This document shows positions 8,593-20,033 of a stretch of DNA of 26,624 nucleotides, piece after piece. Source of the stretch: Craspedostauros australis. Its lineage: Eukaryota. The position numbers were made by a program, and so were the translations under genes. Position 1 is the stretch's first letter. Every line of letters begins with the position of its first letter. The stretch lies in assembly GCA_030167865.1 (NCBI GenBank), contig JALAGF010006190.1, forward strand, positions 62,001 to 88,624, read 5' to 3'. Below the pieces are notes generated by a model. That model had not been told where the DNA came from, searched no databases, and saw only the letters and a program-made list of their open reading frames with translations.

Positions 8593-11500
8593 GTAAGCAA
8601 GTAAGTAAGTCAGACACGCCTAAGCAACAGCCCACCTTCATAACTTGATGATTTATGCTGAGCGCATGCGAGTGCAAGCCCAGTCCTTGTGCAAGCACTC
8701 GAGTATTAGAGGGATGAACTGTTCCAAGACATCTCGACGCGACAGAATTGTGACACCCTTGTCTGTTCATTTGCAAAATATGACTACTCATGAACGCGAA
8801 TCCATCCTGCACGAAGACACTAGTTAGTACTCGTCCTTCGTCTGAAGGTGAGCATCCCGTTGCCAACGCAGTTCGTCGTGAAGGATGTCCGTCTGGTGAA
8901 TAATATGTGGAGCTGAGAAACATGAGTACAAGCGTATCACACTGGGCACGACTGGAAAGGTCACGTGAATGCACCATATCAACGATGCTTTCAAACCTAG
9001 TGTTACAGAATGAGAGTAACCTTGCATATATGCATACATGTAACAAGTATGGTCGAAACATATCATAGTGTACATCTATGCAAAACGGCAGTAGGAAACG
9101 GCGAATAGAAATTGGAGACCTGGCGATATCGCAGAAATTCTCTTCGTACATAAAAACACAGCAGCACACTCCTAATCTTCGCAACCCAACTCTGCAGAAC
9201 GTCAAGATCATCCTTTTCATCCCTGGTTTTGAGTACCTTGAAATCGTGAATCGACTGGTGTGGCATGTACTCTAACACAACCTCCTCAACCTGCAATGCT
9301 CCAGCAACTTCTTCACTCAGATTGGGTTTTTCTGCCACGATGCAATGCAACAAGAATACACACCAAAACCCAACAAAGACAGAATCGCGCAAGACCGAAA
9401 GGGGAAACTGGAAAATACAACACGAAAGAAGATTTTCACAGCATAGATCCTCGACAATATTGGTCTTATTGCATCATAGTGAATCCAAGAATTGTGTTTC
9501 GAGCAATTCGTACGACTATCACTATTGCCGACATACGATCTAAGAGACAACCTCCAACAACAACAGTTAAACGAAGAGCACGGCTGAAATGATGGCCAAG
9601 CCAGTCCAACACTATTCCTTTCGAAGATCAACTATTTTTTCGTTCCTACGTGTCCTTGATTCAGATCGAACTCTATCGCGTGACGTGCTCATCGAAGCTC
9701 GAACGCTGTGCAGAATGTGAGGTGTGCAGAGTTGATCATGATTTTATGGCTTCAGAGTCCTCGACAAAAATGTTTCAGTGCACTCAACGCAACAGAAAAG
9801 AGATGCAACATATGAATGCGCGCTTCGATATGCTGGCAATAGTGGATACGTGAAGATTTCCCGCAACTTCGTGTTGTAAGTCTTGGCGCACCCAATGGTA
9901 GAATCGGACAGTCACTTACCAAGGAAGTAGAACACCGCCCACTGCCACAGTATCGCCACCTTCACCAAATAGCACCTGCATGTCTTCCAACGAAAAGAGT
10001 GTTTTGGCAAACACATTTTTTCGGATTGCCTTCGTGGCGACGCAGAGATACATTGGGACACGCTTGGCAAACAGCACTTTCATCTGCACGGCAGATTCAG
10101 CATTCATGCATCAGAACCCGGAATGATCGGATACGTCACTGCGTCCTGTTCTTCCTTTTTCTGGGACGCGGCGACATTGTCGATTGGCAATCATCGGGAT
10201 GCCGAACTTAGATATTCAAGCCTGCTGGAGACGGTTTCAGAGATCAGCTCTTCAAAGTAGTAGATCGTTAAACAGCAACTGGTTCATGATATGTAGTACG
10301 CAACGTCACGAACGTTTGCAACAGGTTAGTGTTGACCATTCGGTTATGGTCAGTTGGACGTTTTCTGGGGGTTGAATCAAATGATGCATGCCACATCAAT
10401 CAACAACGGTCACGGACACCTATTTTTTCCTTCATGAGTTTGAATTCATCATGCATGTTCACGTCATGCAACGTACTCCATTGCTGATGCGTTTTTTCGT
10501 CAAACACTGGTGTACTGCGAGCACCTGATGTGTCCTTTGGCATCTTGCTTGCGTCAAAAGACAACCATCCCGTGAGCAACCTATGACACTGGGCTTTCTA
10601 AGAAGCTTCGTGGGAGCTACTTGCTTCTCTCCATAGTTGCGTGTATTCTGAAACCAACAGAGAAACGCCAATGAGACAAAAAAGACAACTTGCTTGCAGA
10701 GCGTTGAAAATGTTCAATGGAAATGATACAACAAATTGTCCACAACAAAATTTTATTTGTTTGGTTTTCCGTGAAATCAACGAATCCAGTGGAACTCACC
10801 TGTTTCGGAAAATCGTAGGTGTCATTTCCTTTTGAAATGATTGATAGAGAATCATATCCAACGTGTGGCCATGTTCCTTCCTTTTCGCTCATTCAATCGA
10901 AGGCGAAATTATGCACTTGGCTATCTCGAAACATGAAAGTTGATACTCGTCTAGAGGCAGATCCTACAATTGAACAAACATCACTGCATCCACGGAATAT
11001 GACAAATTTTCCGGATGTACGTGTGTCTGACTCCAGGATGGTCAAATAGGGGAGGCAGGGGCAAGGAAAATGGGATTATCTGGGTTTTCGTGTGCTATCA
11101 GTGATCAACCTGTTTCTCAAGCGGCCATTTCCTGAGTTATCGCCAACAACAACTTTTCATTTCTTCCAATCTTCTTGACTGTTCTTCATTTCTCCAGCTG
11201 AGTAACCAGAGTGTCGCTTATTGCCTTTCAACCGAAGAACGTAGGATCGAAAAAGTTGTGTTGCACTGAACGACGTGAAGGAATTCCAGACCAGTTACAA
11301 CAATTGCGTACTCATCGGGCGATTTGAACAAATTGATGGTACTCACGTTCTCTCTCCCACTATATTGCAGGATGAACACATAATATCTATCATAAAGCGA
11401 TGCACGAACAATGGCTCTACCGCAGAAAGCCATGAGCCATGAAATAGGGTGATGCTTCAGCAACCAATCTTTCTGTGTTTCTGCTTTCCTGCCATTTCAG

Positions 11501-13822
11501 GTCGGAGATCCTCTCTCATTTGTGGATTGTCTAGATGTTGGCGACCTCACTATGACCTCGTGAAAACAGTGCACATTCCTTGAACCTGAGAGTTACGTGT
11601 ACGCTCAGTGCTGAGCATCCTTGAATCTTCTCTTACTGTTCGTAAGCTACTGTAAGTTGTTCAGAAATAGTGGACAGTTTTCAACAGATAGCAGTAGTTT
11701 GAACTCGATGCGATACACGCCAAACCATTTTTGCTCGTCTCCCTCCAATATACAACTCTGAGTAAATCGGAAAACGCAGTTTGTCAACTTCCTTTTTGGT
11801 TTGTTGGCAAATTCTCATGATCCTTCCATGCCTTTGATGCTGCTGACTTTCAATCATCAAATCGGAATCCATCCATCACCAATCTCGAAACGCAACGCCC
11901 GTTCCTCGAAATCAGGGTTATTCATTCTGTCAAAGTCTCATTTGGTCCATGTTCTGTGCAGCAGTGATCACACCAGAAAAGACGAGAATTTCAGAATTCA
12001 ACGTTTGTACAGGTAGTACATTGCTGGAATGACTGACTCCTCGTCTACTGTTCTATGCAGTAGTCGTTGTGTTGGCCCGCTTACTTCTGGCGTTACATTT
12101 CAGCGATCTTTGCAGAAACAGCCCATTGACTGAAGCCAATGCGACGGACGAGACTCTCAAGAACATTCGTGTTAACTGGATTTCTGGTCCTATCCACCAT
12201 ACCATTCTTCATGATCACCACTTCTATTTGAAGACAGCCCTGTTGAGTGCACTCACACCATGCTTACGAATGCGGCATTGCAATGTCTAGACATGCAACA
12301 TATCCGTATTGACTTTGTACAAGAACGATTCAACTGGAGAAATCAAGTTTTGCTCCCTTGAGATCACGTAAAACTGCGTAAGCGGATGTCTGAACACTCT
12401 TTGTCGCACTTTCCTTCTTCCATTCGCTGAGCTCATGATTCTCTCCTTTGGTCTCTGCCGTTCCGACTTTTCCATAGTCAACGCAGTTGTTCAGATATGC
12501 TGTGATGCGAAACCCGTTGTGATCATGAATTGGATGTACAGGGCTTAATTCGGTCCATTTGCTTTGATTTGAACCATTCGTGCAACTGTAGCGGTCCACC
12601 GTCATGGGATGTTTGGCTTCAGAGTTGTTTCATGCACGTTCGATGGTTTTGTCTCGCTGACACAACCACATCGTACTCCGTTGCGTGAGCTTGCACTATT
12701 CTATTACACAAGAGTTGTCCAGTGGAAGTTATTTTTCTTGGAAGAGAAGAGCCTTTGTTTATGTTCTGGAGTTGTTCAGACTGGCACCAACTCACTTGTA
12801 CAGAGAGTATGCACATCAGGTTGAGCGCGCGTTCTTTCGACTACAGATTCAGCTTTGAGGGACAGATTGTAAGGGGCTGTGTGTGGAGAGTCCATGCTAC
12901 ACCAGAGTCCAACAAAACATCATAGATTAATTCACAGTATTTTGTTGTTGTGAGTATTCTAGAATATCATTTAATTGGTTCGTATGATAGTTTAGTTCCT
13001 TGGCTGCTCTGCTCATTGCTTTCAACAGGGAGGATTCATTCCCGCTATCTATGCAATTTTCATTGTTCCATGTTGCAGATTTGTATTGTCATACACAGCT
13101 GAATGTTGCATCCTCTCCGTCGAGATTATTTGAAGACGGTCGGTGGTGTTCAAAGCTTTTGTAAGGAGAGTACGCAGTTTGAGTACACCTCTGGAAGCAT
13201 GTCCAACTCGTAACCCGCTTCAACTTCTTCAACTCGAGATGAGGCCCCATAGATTTCAGTTCAAGTGCAAATATTGCGAGTCATGGTGGGTCGCATGCTC
13301 GTTCTCGTGAGGCGTACGAGGACGTACTCGGACCTCATACAAGCATGACTGAATCAGGAAGACAAACTAAACAAGCATTTATTCATCATGGAATGCTCCC
13401 TCTCTGTTGAACGAACGAAAGAATCGACAGCGCTATTGCTACGAGTATCCCACGATTCACGTTTGATAGTGTGGCGCACCATGGATCTCTAGAGAGAGAT
13501 AGAGAGAGAGGATGGAGGAATTTATTGTTCCACTATCAGCAACATTATGTGAAGTCGTTCGTTCTCACGATACGAGTGTGGCCATCATCCCTGGTTCCTG
13601 TGAAATACAACAGTACCCATATCTGCCAGAAGACGCATACACATAGGTACGCCATAGAGCAGAGTACTCGAATCTATTCTACTTCTGTCACTCTCTCTAG
13701 AGAGAGAGAGAGTTCAGTAGTACTTTACTTGCTTTTCCCCGTTCTTGAACAGAGTGGAGAGTAGATGAGAGAGTAGAATCGAGTACTTACGAATATGGAA
13801 GTGGTGTCACACGCATGCACAA

Positions 13823-14572
13823 TTACCAACCGCCGTCCCCGTCAAGATCCCCGACGGGACGCTCCATGCTCGGTGCATTCCAAGCATCAGAGTGGTCGAG
13901 CTCGTATGGATCAGAAATGTGGACGCCGCCTTCGTCGGTCACTTTGGCGAGCTGGATGCGAGCAGAAGCGCGGCAGTCGCGGTAGAAGAGCACCTTCATG
14001 CAATCCTCGAGGAGAGCACGTGCCTCGCCTTCTTCGAGGTCTGGCCGCCATTGTTCTCGCAAGAGTGGCAGGGCTAGGTACGCACCGAAGCCTGTGGCAA
14101 CGAGAGGCTCCTCGATTGCCGTCCCAAGCTTGTCGACGGTGCCCAAAAAAGCCTTGGTTTGGTGAGAGTCCGCCGATCCTTCCGTGGGCTGCAAGCCGGC
14201 CACGATGAGGGTGTTCCAGAACGGATTCATCTGGGATCGCTTGCGGTACAGCACTGCTCTGAGGTAGTTCCAAACATTGCGCGCAGGAATCGAGCGGTTC
14301 TCGTCGTCGTAGATGCTGGTCATGGATTCCGTGGTCTCTTCCAGACACAAGGCCTCGACCTGTTGACACACCTCTTGGAAGTCCGAGTATTCGCCGGATG
14401 CGGCGAGGAGGATCTGGTTCTGGATCGCCTTCATCCGGGGCGTCTGGAAGGACTTGGCCATGCCACCGTAGCTGAGCAGGGTGTCAGCCGCGAGAAGCAC
14501 GCCGTCCTTGTATTGCAGACCAACCACCGAAGTTCCGGTCACGATTGGGCGTGTTGTGTGCTTCGTCGCCAT
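13823..14572 (-). CDS. PSMB4: 20S proteasome subunit beta-7 (PSMB4/Pre4), 249 aa
   Basis: MATKHT-TRPIVTGTSVVGLQYKDGVLLAADTLLSYG, ASGEYSDFQ, YLRAVLYRKRSQMNPFWNTLIVAG, FLGTVDKLGT, ATGFGAYLALPLLRE, LLEDCMKVLFYRDCRAS. ATG 14572 matches the family N-terminus. The ORF-track start at 15004 is a TTG. Confidence 0.95.
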   Translation of the reverse strand: MATKHTTRPIVTGTSVVGLQYKDGVLLAADTLLSYGGMAKSFQTPRMKAIQNQILLAASGEYSDFQEVCQQVEALCLEETTESMTSIYDDENRSIPARNVWNYLRAVLYRKRSQMNPFWNTLIVAGLQPTEGSADSHQTKAFLGTVDKLGTAIEEPLVATGFGAYLALPLLREQWRPDLEEGEARALLEDCMKVLFYRDCRASARIQLAKVTDEGGVHISDPYELDHSDAWNAPSMERPVGDLDGDGGW

Positions 14573-15334
14573 GGTTGTTGGGAGATTGGCGATGGTCACA
14601 AGGATGAGCAGAAGCCAGGCTGTGGACGAGACTGGGATGATGGGCGGATGGCGAACGTCGCTGCCTTGGATACTCTTTGATGGGAGAGGTGTTAGTCGAT
14701 TCGTTCTCGTTTGTGTGTCCGCTTGCATTCGATAGGAAAACAATGCGCGACCGCAACTACGATTGTGATTGTGATGGTGGTTGCGATGCTTGATGAGTAG
14801 CAGCGCTGTTGTTGGTGGTATTGCGGCTACTGTTGCTGGTTCCGTCTTGCTTTTTGGATGTGTGTGGGTCGAGGTTGCCTGCCACAGGCGACACGAACAA
14901 GAACTGGAGTTTCCGCGCAGGCGCCTGGCAAGGCGCGTAGCACCCGAGCACATGGCAGCGGGTTGTATTGGCATGATCCTTCGGTTTCGGTGGAGTTCGT
15001 CCAAGATCTTTCTTTCCTGCCATGACTTCTTGTTGTGATTGCGGTACTCGATAAGTCTTGTTTAGTGTCTGCCCTCGTCCGATCAGAATCTTCCAGGTGG
15101 AAGCATCACAACACAACAGGACAGCAACAAAAAGAACAGAACAAAAACCGCTTCGCCAACACGACGAACGAGAGAGGAGGCCAAAGCAGATTCGCACACT
15201 CAAACCCCAAGCTCCGGCTTGGAATGCCATCACACACCTGCATGCTATACAATCAATACGTGCGAGTACAGTTACAGGATACGCTGTAAAGGATTAGTAT
15301 AGGTCGTACTCGCAGAACACCCGCGTTTGCTCAA

Positions 15335-15360
15335 CTCTCTCTCTCTCTCTCTCTCTCTCT
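15335..15360 (+). repeat. (CT)13 microsatellite in the divergent PSMB4/NF-YC spacer
   Basis: Perfect dinucleotide run. Confidence 0.95.
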
Positions 15361-15642
15361 GGATGCACACAAGTGCAGAGCATTATACATGCAACATTCC
15401 ACAAGTGAGGAGAGTACCGTCCAATTCACACACAGGAGGGAGGACGACAGGAGATACGGAACGAAGCATTTGCCATACGGGCACACCGGGCATACGTACC
15501 AGAGGATTCCATACCTCCTATACGCGTACTCCATACTATTATAATACCCCGCAGTTGACGAGGAGGTTGTGCGCATCCCACAAGCAGCAGGAAAGCAGGC
15601 GGGACTGTTCCGAGACAACGCACGAAGACAGAACAGAGAGTC

Positions 15643-17433
15643 ATGTCCAACCTACCCCCAGGAGATCACCAATACCCTGCGGTTGCTGAAGCAACAGCTG
15701 CCACTTCGGTAGTGCCGACGGCAAGCGCGACAGTGCAAGTCCCAGTGGCAGCAACGGCATTTGCATTGACACCCGCGGCCGCCCCACTACCACCGCCACA
15801 ACCATCTGCCAGCAGTGTTGCGACGGCGACTGCCGTTCCCACTCTCATGGGTGCCCCAGGAAGTTTTCATCACCCTCCTGCTCCACCACAACCACAGCCA
15901 CACAACCCGGCACAGGTTGCGCAAGGAACGCTGGCGGAGGCGCCTAAGAGTATCGCAGTGGCAGCTCCACAGAAAGCCCCTGTGGCCACGGCCAAGCCTG
16001 CTGCAGGTGTCAAAAGGGCGGCGGATACCCAGGTCTCTGTGGAAGCCAGACCGCCACACACCGTCGTCCCAGCGAAGAAGGCAAACACGACGCCTGCCAC
16101 GACTCAGCAGACTCAGTTGCAGCAGCAAATTCAGCAGCAGCTCCAGGCGCAACTCCAAGCCCAGCTCCAGGCTGCGGCGGCACGAGGACAGCAGGCAAAT
16201 ATCACACCCGAGCAGATCCAGGTAAGAAGGACCAGAGAATCGGATGCTTTGAAATGTTGTGGGTTGTAGCGGATTGGATTGGATCGAATTGTATGAGGCA
16301 AAATTCAAGAGACATATTCCGAGCATGTCACTGGGGAGAGGGGTTTCGAATGGATGTGCTGGACCGGGCTCGGGTTGCGTTGCGTTGCGTTCCTCTATCG
16401 AGTTGCTTGCCTCCATCATTGTTTCGCCGTTTTGGTTCTTTGGTATTTATCCTTACCACTCTGCAATGCTTTACACTACAATGCGGCGTTATGACGTTGT
16501 CTCTTTCCCTATCTTTTCTGCCACGACCAGGCGCAAGCTCAAGCTATGGTGCAAGCAGCTGCACAAGCGCAGGCAGTTGTGGCAGCAGCCAAGTCCAGGG
16601 GGGATGGCCTCGTCCCAATGAATTCCGCTCAGATCAATGCACTGTCGCAAATCCAGGCGCAAGCAATCGTCCATGCAAGAAAATCTCAGGGGACGCCTCA
16701 ACAGATACAAACTCAGATTCAGTTGCAGGCGCAGGCACTTGTCCATGCTCACACGCAGGCCCAGATAGCGGCAGGTATTTTCAAGGGGGAAGAGAGCGCA
16801 ACCTCGTCAGCATCCGCGAACCAAGGGCATGCACCCGCCAGAGGTCATCAATCAGCAAAAGCCGCCAACACAAGTGGAATCGTCTCTGTTACAACCGCAT
16901 ACGCGAAAAATAGCGGGGCACCGACTTCGGCATCATCAACCAAAGCAAGCAACGGCCTTTCCACCTCCATGGGGCTCGCGCAGAAGACTTCCAGCGTTAG
17001 TCTTGTAGGAAGCACGCACGTTTTGACTTCGGTAGAGGATGGAGAAACGAGCATCCTACCGCAAGCACCAGCGCCGTCCTCAAACTCGCCGCAATTCTTG
17101 GCCCAACTGAACAGTTCGTTGCTTACCTTCTGGAGAGAGCAGCTGCAGGTGGTTCAGTGCTACACTGATCAAACAGAGCAGGATTTCAAAACTCACAATG
17201 ACCTTCCACTGGCAAGGATTAAGCGAATCATGAAGTCAGACGAAGATGTCAGAATGATATCGGCAGAAGCCCCGGTTCTTTTCGCGAAAGCATGCGAGCT
17301 TTTTATCCTCGATCTATCCATCCGCGCCTGGAACTATTCCCAACTCCACAAACGTCGCACCTTGCAGAAAGAAGACATCCGAGAGGCCATCGAAAAGACA
17401 GATGTCTTCGACTTTCTTGTTGATGTCATCTAA
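15643..17433 (+). CDS. NFYC: Nuclear transcription factor Y subunit C (NF-YC/HAP5); exons 15643-16221 and 16531-17433; 493 aa
   Basis: C-terminal histone fold DFKTHNDLPLARIKRIMKSDEDVRMISAEAPVLFAKACELFILDLSIRAW..KRRTLQKEDIREAIEKTDVFDFLVDVI. Phase-0 intron CAG|GTAAGA...pyrimidine tract...CAG|GCG (16222-16530) joins two A/P/Q-rich ORFs in frame. Confidence 0.92.
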
Positions 17434-18170
17434 TTGCACTCGACATATTCCACTCAAGTCTGGGATATTGTGGGGAGGAGACGAGCCTCGCGGACCACAA
17501 GCATTCGACCATCCGAGTAACACGCACTCCACCAACAGGGTGCAGAATAATATTATATAAAAGGATACGAAAGATAATATACATATATATATATTAATTC
17601 CATACGAGTACCAAGAGTACTATTACTACATGGCAGAGCGACCTCTGTACGAGTGCTCTGGAGGGTATGTCAGTAAGGTCCTTCGGTGGCGGGAGAGCAC
17701 TTCCATTTGCGATGATCTGTTTTTTCCATCTTCATGTGCCCCTGGTCTACCGAGTATGGTATTATGCCTATTAGTACGAGCGACGAATACGACGAGAGTT
17801 TGTATCTGTAGGTCGTAGGTATGTGCATCATGCATATTATAGCTTGTACAATATTATATTACCTACCATATGGTGCGAGTACGTACCCATCTGGTGGCAT
17901 AGCTGCACTCCACCAGACTAATACGAGTCCGCCACGAGCGACGATACACAGTGTTACATAATACTTGAGCAAAACCAGACGAGTGTCGTGCTACTGGTAG
18001 AGTGCCAATATCATTACAAGTACGCCTACTACGCAAGACAGCACAGCGTGTTCCACAGTATCTGTCTCTGTGTGTCAGTCTGTCTCTGTACGCTCCAAGA
18101 GACGAAACGCAGACATAGTAAACTATTGATCGGAAGTCAAACTTGCCCTCGTTTCCGTTAATCCTACTCG

Positions 18171-18195
18171 TATGGTATGGTATGGTATGGTATGG
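18171..18195 (+). repeat. (TATGG)5 microsatellite between convergent NF-YC and asd
   Basis: Five perfect pentamer copies. Confidence 0.9.
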
Positions 18196-18441
18196 CACGC
18201 TGCCTGCCTGAACTCCTACTTGTACGCATGCTGGAGGATGGATATTTGCCCAGTTGTGATGTTTGTGAAATGGTGTACTTTATCAAACAGTCGTGCTTGT
18301 GAATACGATACGGAGGACTCTTGGACTGCAGCCTTACTCGCATGCCTTCTTGGACCGTTGCGTATCTGTGTCCATGGATTCTGGAGGCTCGTGGGGGGAT
18401 AGTGTGAAAGTGAACGAACGAGCGAACGAACCAGTCAACTC

Positions 18442-20033
18442 TCACAAGGCGCCATTAGCCACCATCTCCTCTGCAACGAGGACTGCATTCAGCGCGGCAC
18501 CGCGAAGCAACTGGTCGCCAGACACGAAGAACTCCAGACCGTGGTCACCGAAAGCGATGGATTTACGGAGCCTGCCGACCTCGACATCGTACTTGCCCGT
18601 AGCAGTGAGCGGCATTGGGTACTGAAGCTCTGATGGATTGTCAACAAGCTTCACGCCTGGTGCATCCTCCAGTGATTCTCGAGCTTCGTCGAGGTCAACT
18701 GGCTTCTCAGTTTCGATGACGATGACCTCGCTGTGTGCTCGGATCGTGGGAATGCGCACAGCGGAACATGAGATGGGGACATCATCCGAGAGGCCACAAA
18801 TCTTCCGCGTTTCCCACGTGACCTTCATTTCTTCCTTGGTGTAAAGATTATCCTGGAACTTGTCGATTTGCGGGATCACGTTGAACGGGAGCGGATGGGC
18901 AAACACGTCGTTGTTTGGAGACTTGCCATCGAGGTAGGCCGCAGTTCCCTCCAACAGCTCATCCATACCTGGTTGCCCCGCTCCACTGGCAGCCTGGTAT
19001 GTCGACATAATGCATCGCTTCAAACCAAACTTCTTCACCAGCGGCCACAGAGCCATCAACCCGATGGCAGTGGTGCAGTTTGGATTCGCGATCAATTTGG
19101 ATTTCTTGGTCTCTTCTCCGTTGATCTCGGGAACCACAAGAGGGATTTCTGGCTTGTACCGGAATGCTGACTTTGGCCACATGATGAATGCAAATGGAGA
19201 TATCAATATAACATCCCATAAAACAAACCGGGCGGCGGGTGAGCAGCCAGTATTTGTTGGGTTGGGTTTGGTCGAGTGGTTGCAGAGGCATGGCAGAATA
19301 AGCGCGCATGTGCGCACCAATACGTATGTGTGAGCACAAAGGGGATATGGCATCTACTCGATGTCAGCGAAGATTGAGATCTCGCAGGCATCCGCGCACC
19401 AAAGCATAGCTGAGCACAGCAATGGACGACGTAACACAACGCAGCACAACATCATGGGCCGCGATACAGTACATGTCAGCAGCTCGGCACGAATGTAGGG
19501 GCGCAAGAAGTTGCTGCTGGCTGGGAACTCACAGAGTTATCGATGACAACTGCTCCACCCTCCGCTGCGATGGCCTGCGCATGCTCCAATGCGAAATCGC
19601 CACTGACGGCCAAGAAAACCACGTCGCATTCTCTTGCGGCGGCGACATCGAACAACTCGACCTCAACTTTCCCGTACTTGGTTTCGACCTCGGAACCAGC
19701 GCTCCGGCTGCTTCCAAATATGCGCAGCTTGTCGACAGGCACCTTGTCTCTATCCTCGAGGCACGAGCGGATCTCCTTGCCGACCGCTCCAGTGGCGCCT
19801 ACGATCCCGACCGTGTACGCCATGTGCAGCTGGCTGCCCGACTTCGGCTCTCCACCATTGGCGGCAGAGTACCCATGCCCCTGCTTGGAGAAGCGGCCTG
19901 CGTGAACGTTCACACCAACACGGCCATTGTTGACTTGCGACAGACGCCCGCCTGTCAACAACCCCTCGGTGAGACCGAAGGAGGCCGCGGATGCGGTGGC
20001 CACGAGTGCCAGTGTGGTTCCGGAAAACTTCAT
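18442..20033 (-). CDS. asd: Aspartate-semialdehyde dehydrogenase, probably plastid-targeted; exons 20033-19533 and 19170-18442; 409 aa
   Basis: Rossmann motif [11 protein letters not shown]. Splicing intron 19171-19532 (GTGAGT...AAAG) restores [18 protein letters not shown]. Catalytic [62 protein letters not shown]-terminus [21 protein letters not shown] is a signal peptide plus Phe. Confidence 0.96.

Noticed and set aside
8489..9220. 243-aa minus-strand ORF overlapping the BST 3' end
   Set aside because: Atypical composition, no motifs and antisense overlap; likely chance.
13691..13711. CTCTCTCTAGAGAGAG palindrome downstream of PSMB4
   Set aside because: Abutting CT and GA microsatellites; no evidence for a terminator or a transposon end.
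14573..15004. In-frame 144-codon upstream extension of PSMB4, including a short hydrophobic stretch
   Set aside because: Begins at TTG, is low-complexity and has no family similarity. ATG 14572 matches the known beta-7 N-terminus, so this is probably UTR or promoter, although in-frame upstream ATGs exist.
14757..15233. 158-aa minus-strand ORF between PSMB4 and NF-YC
   Set aside because: Non-ATG start as listed, no recognisable domain, and it lies in a roughly 1-kb divergent promoter region.
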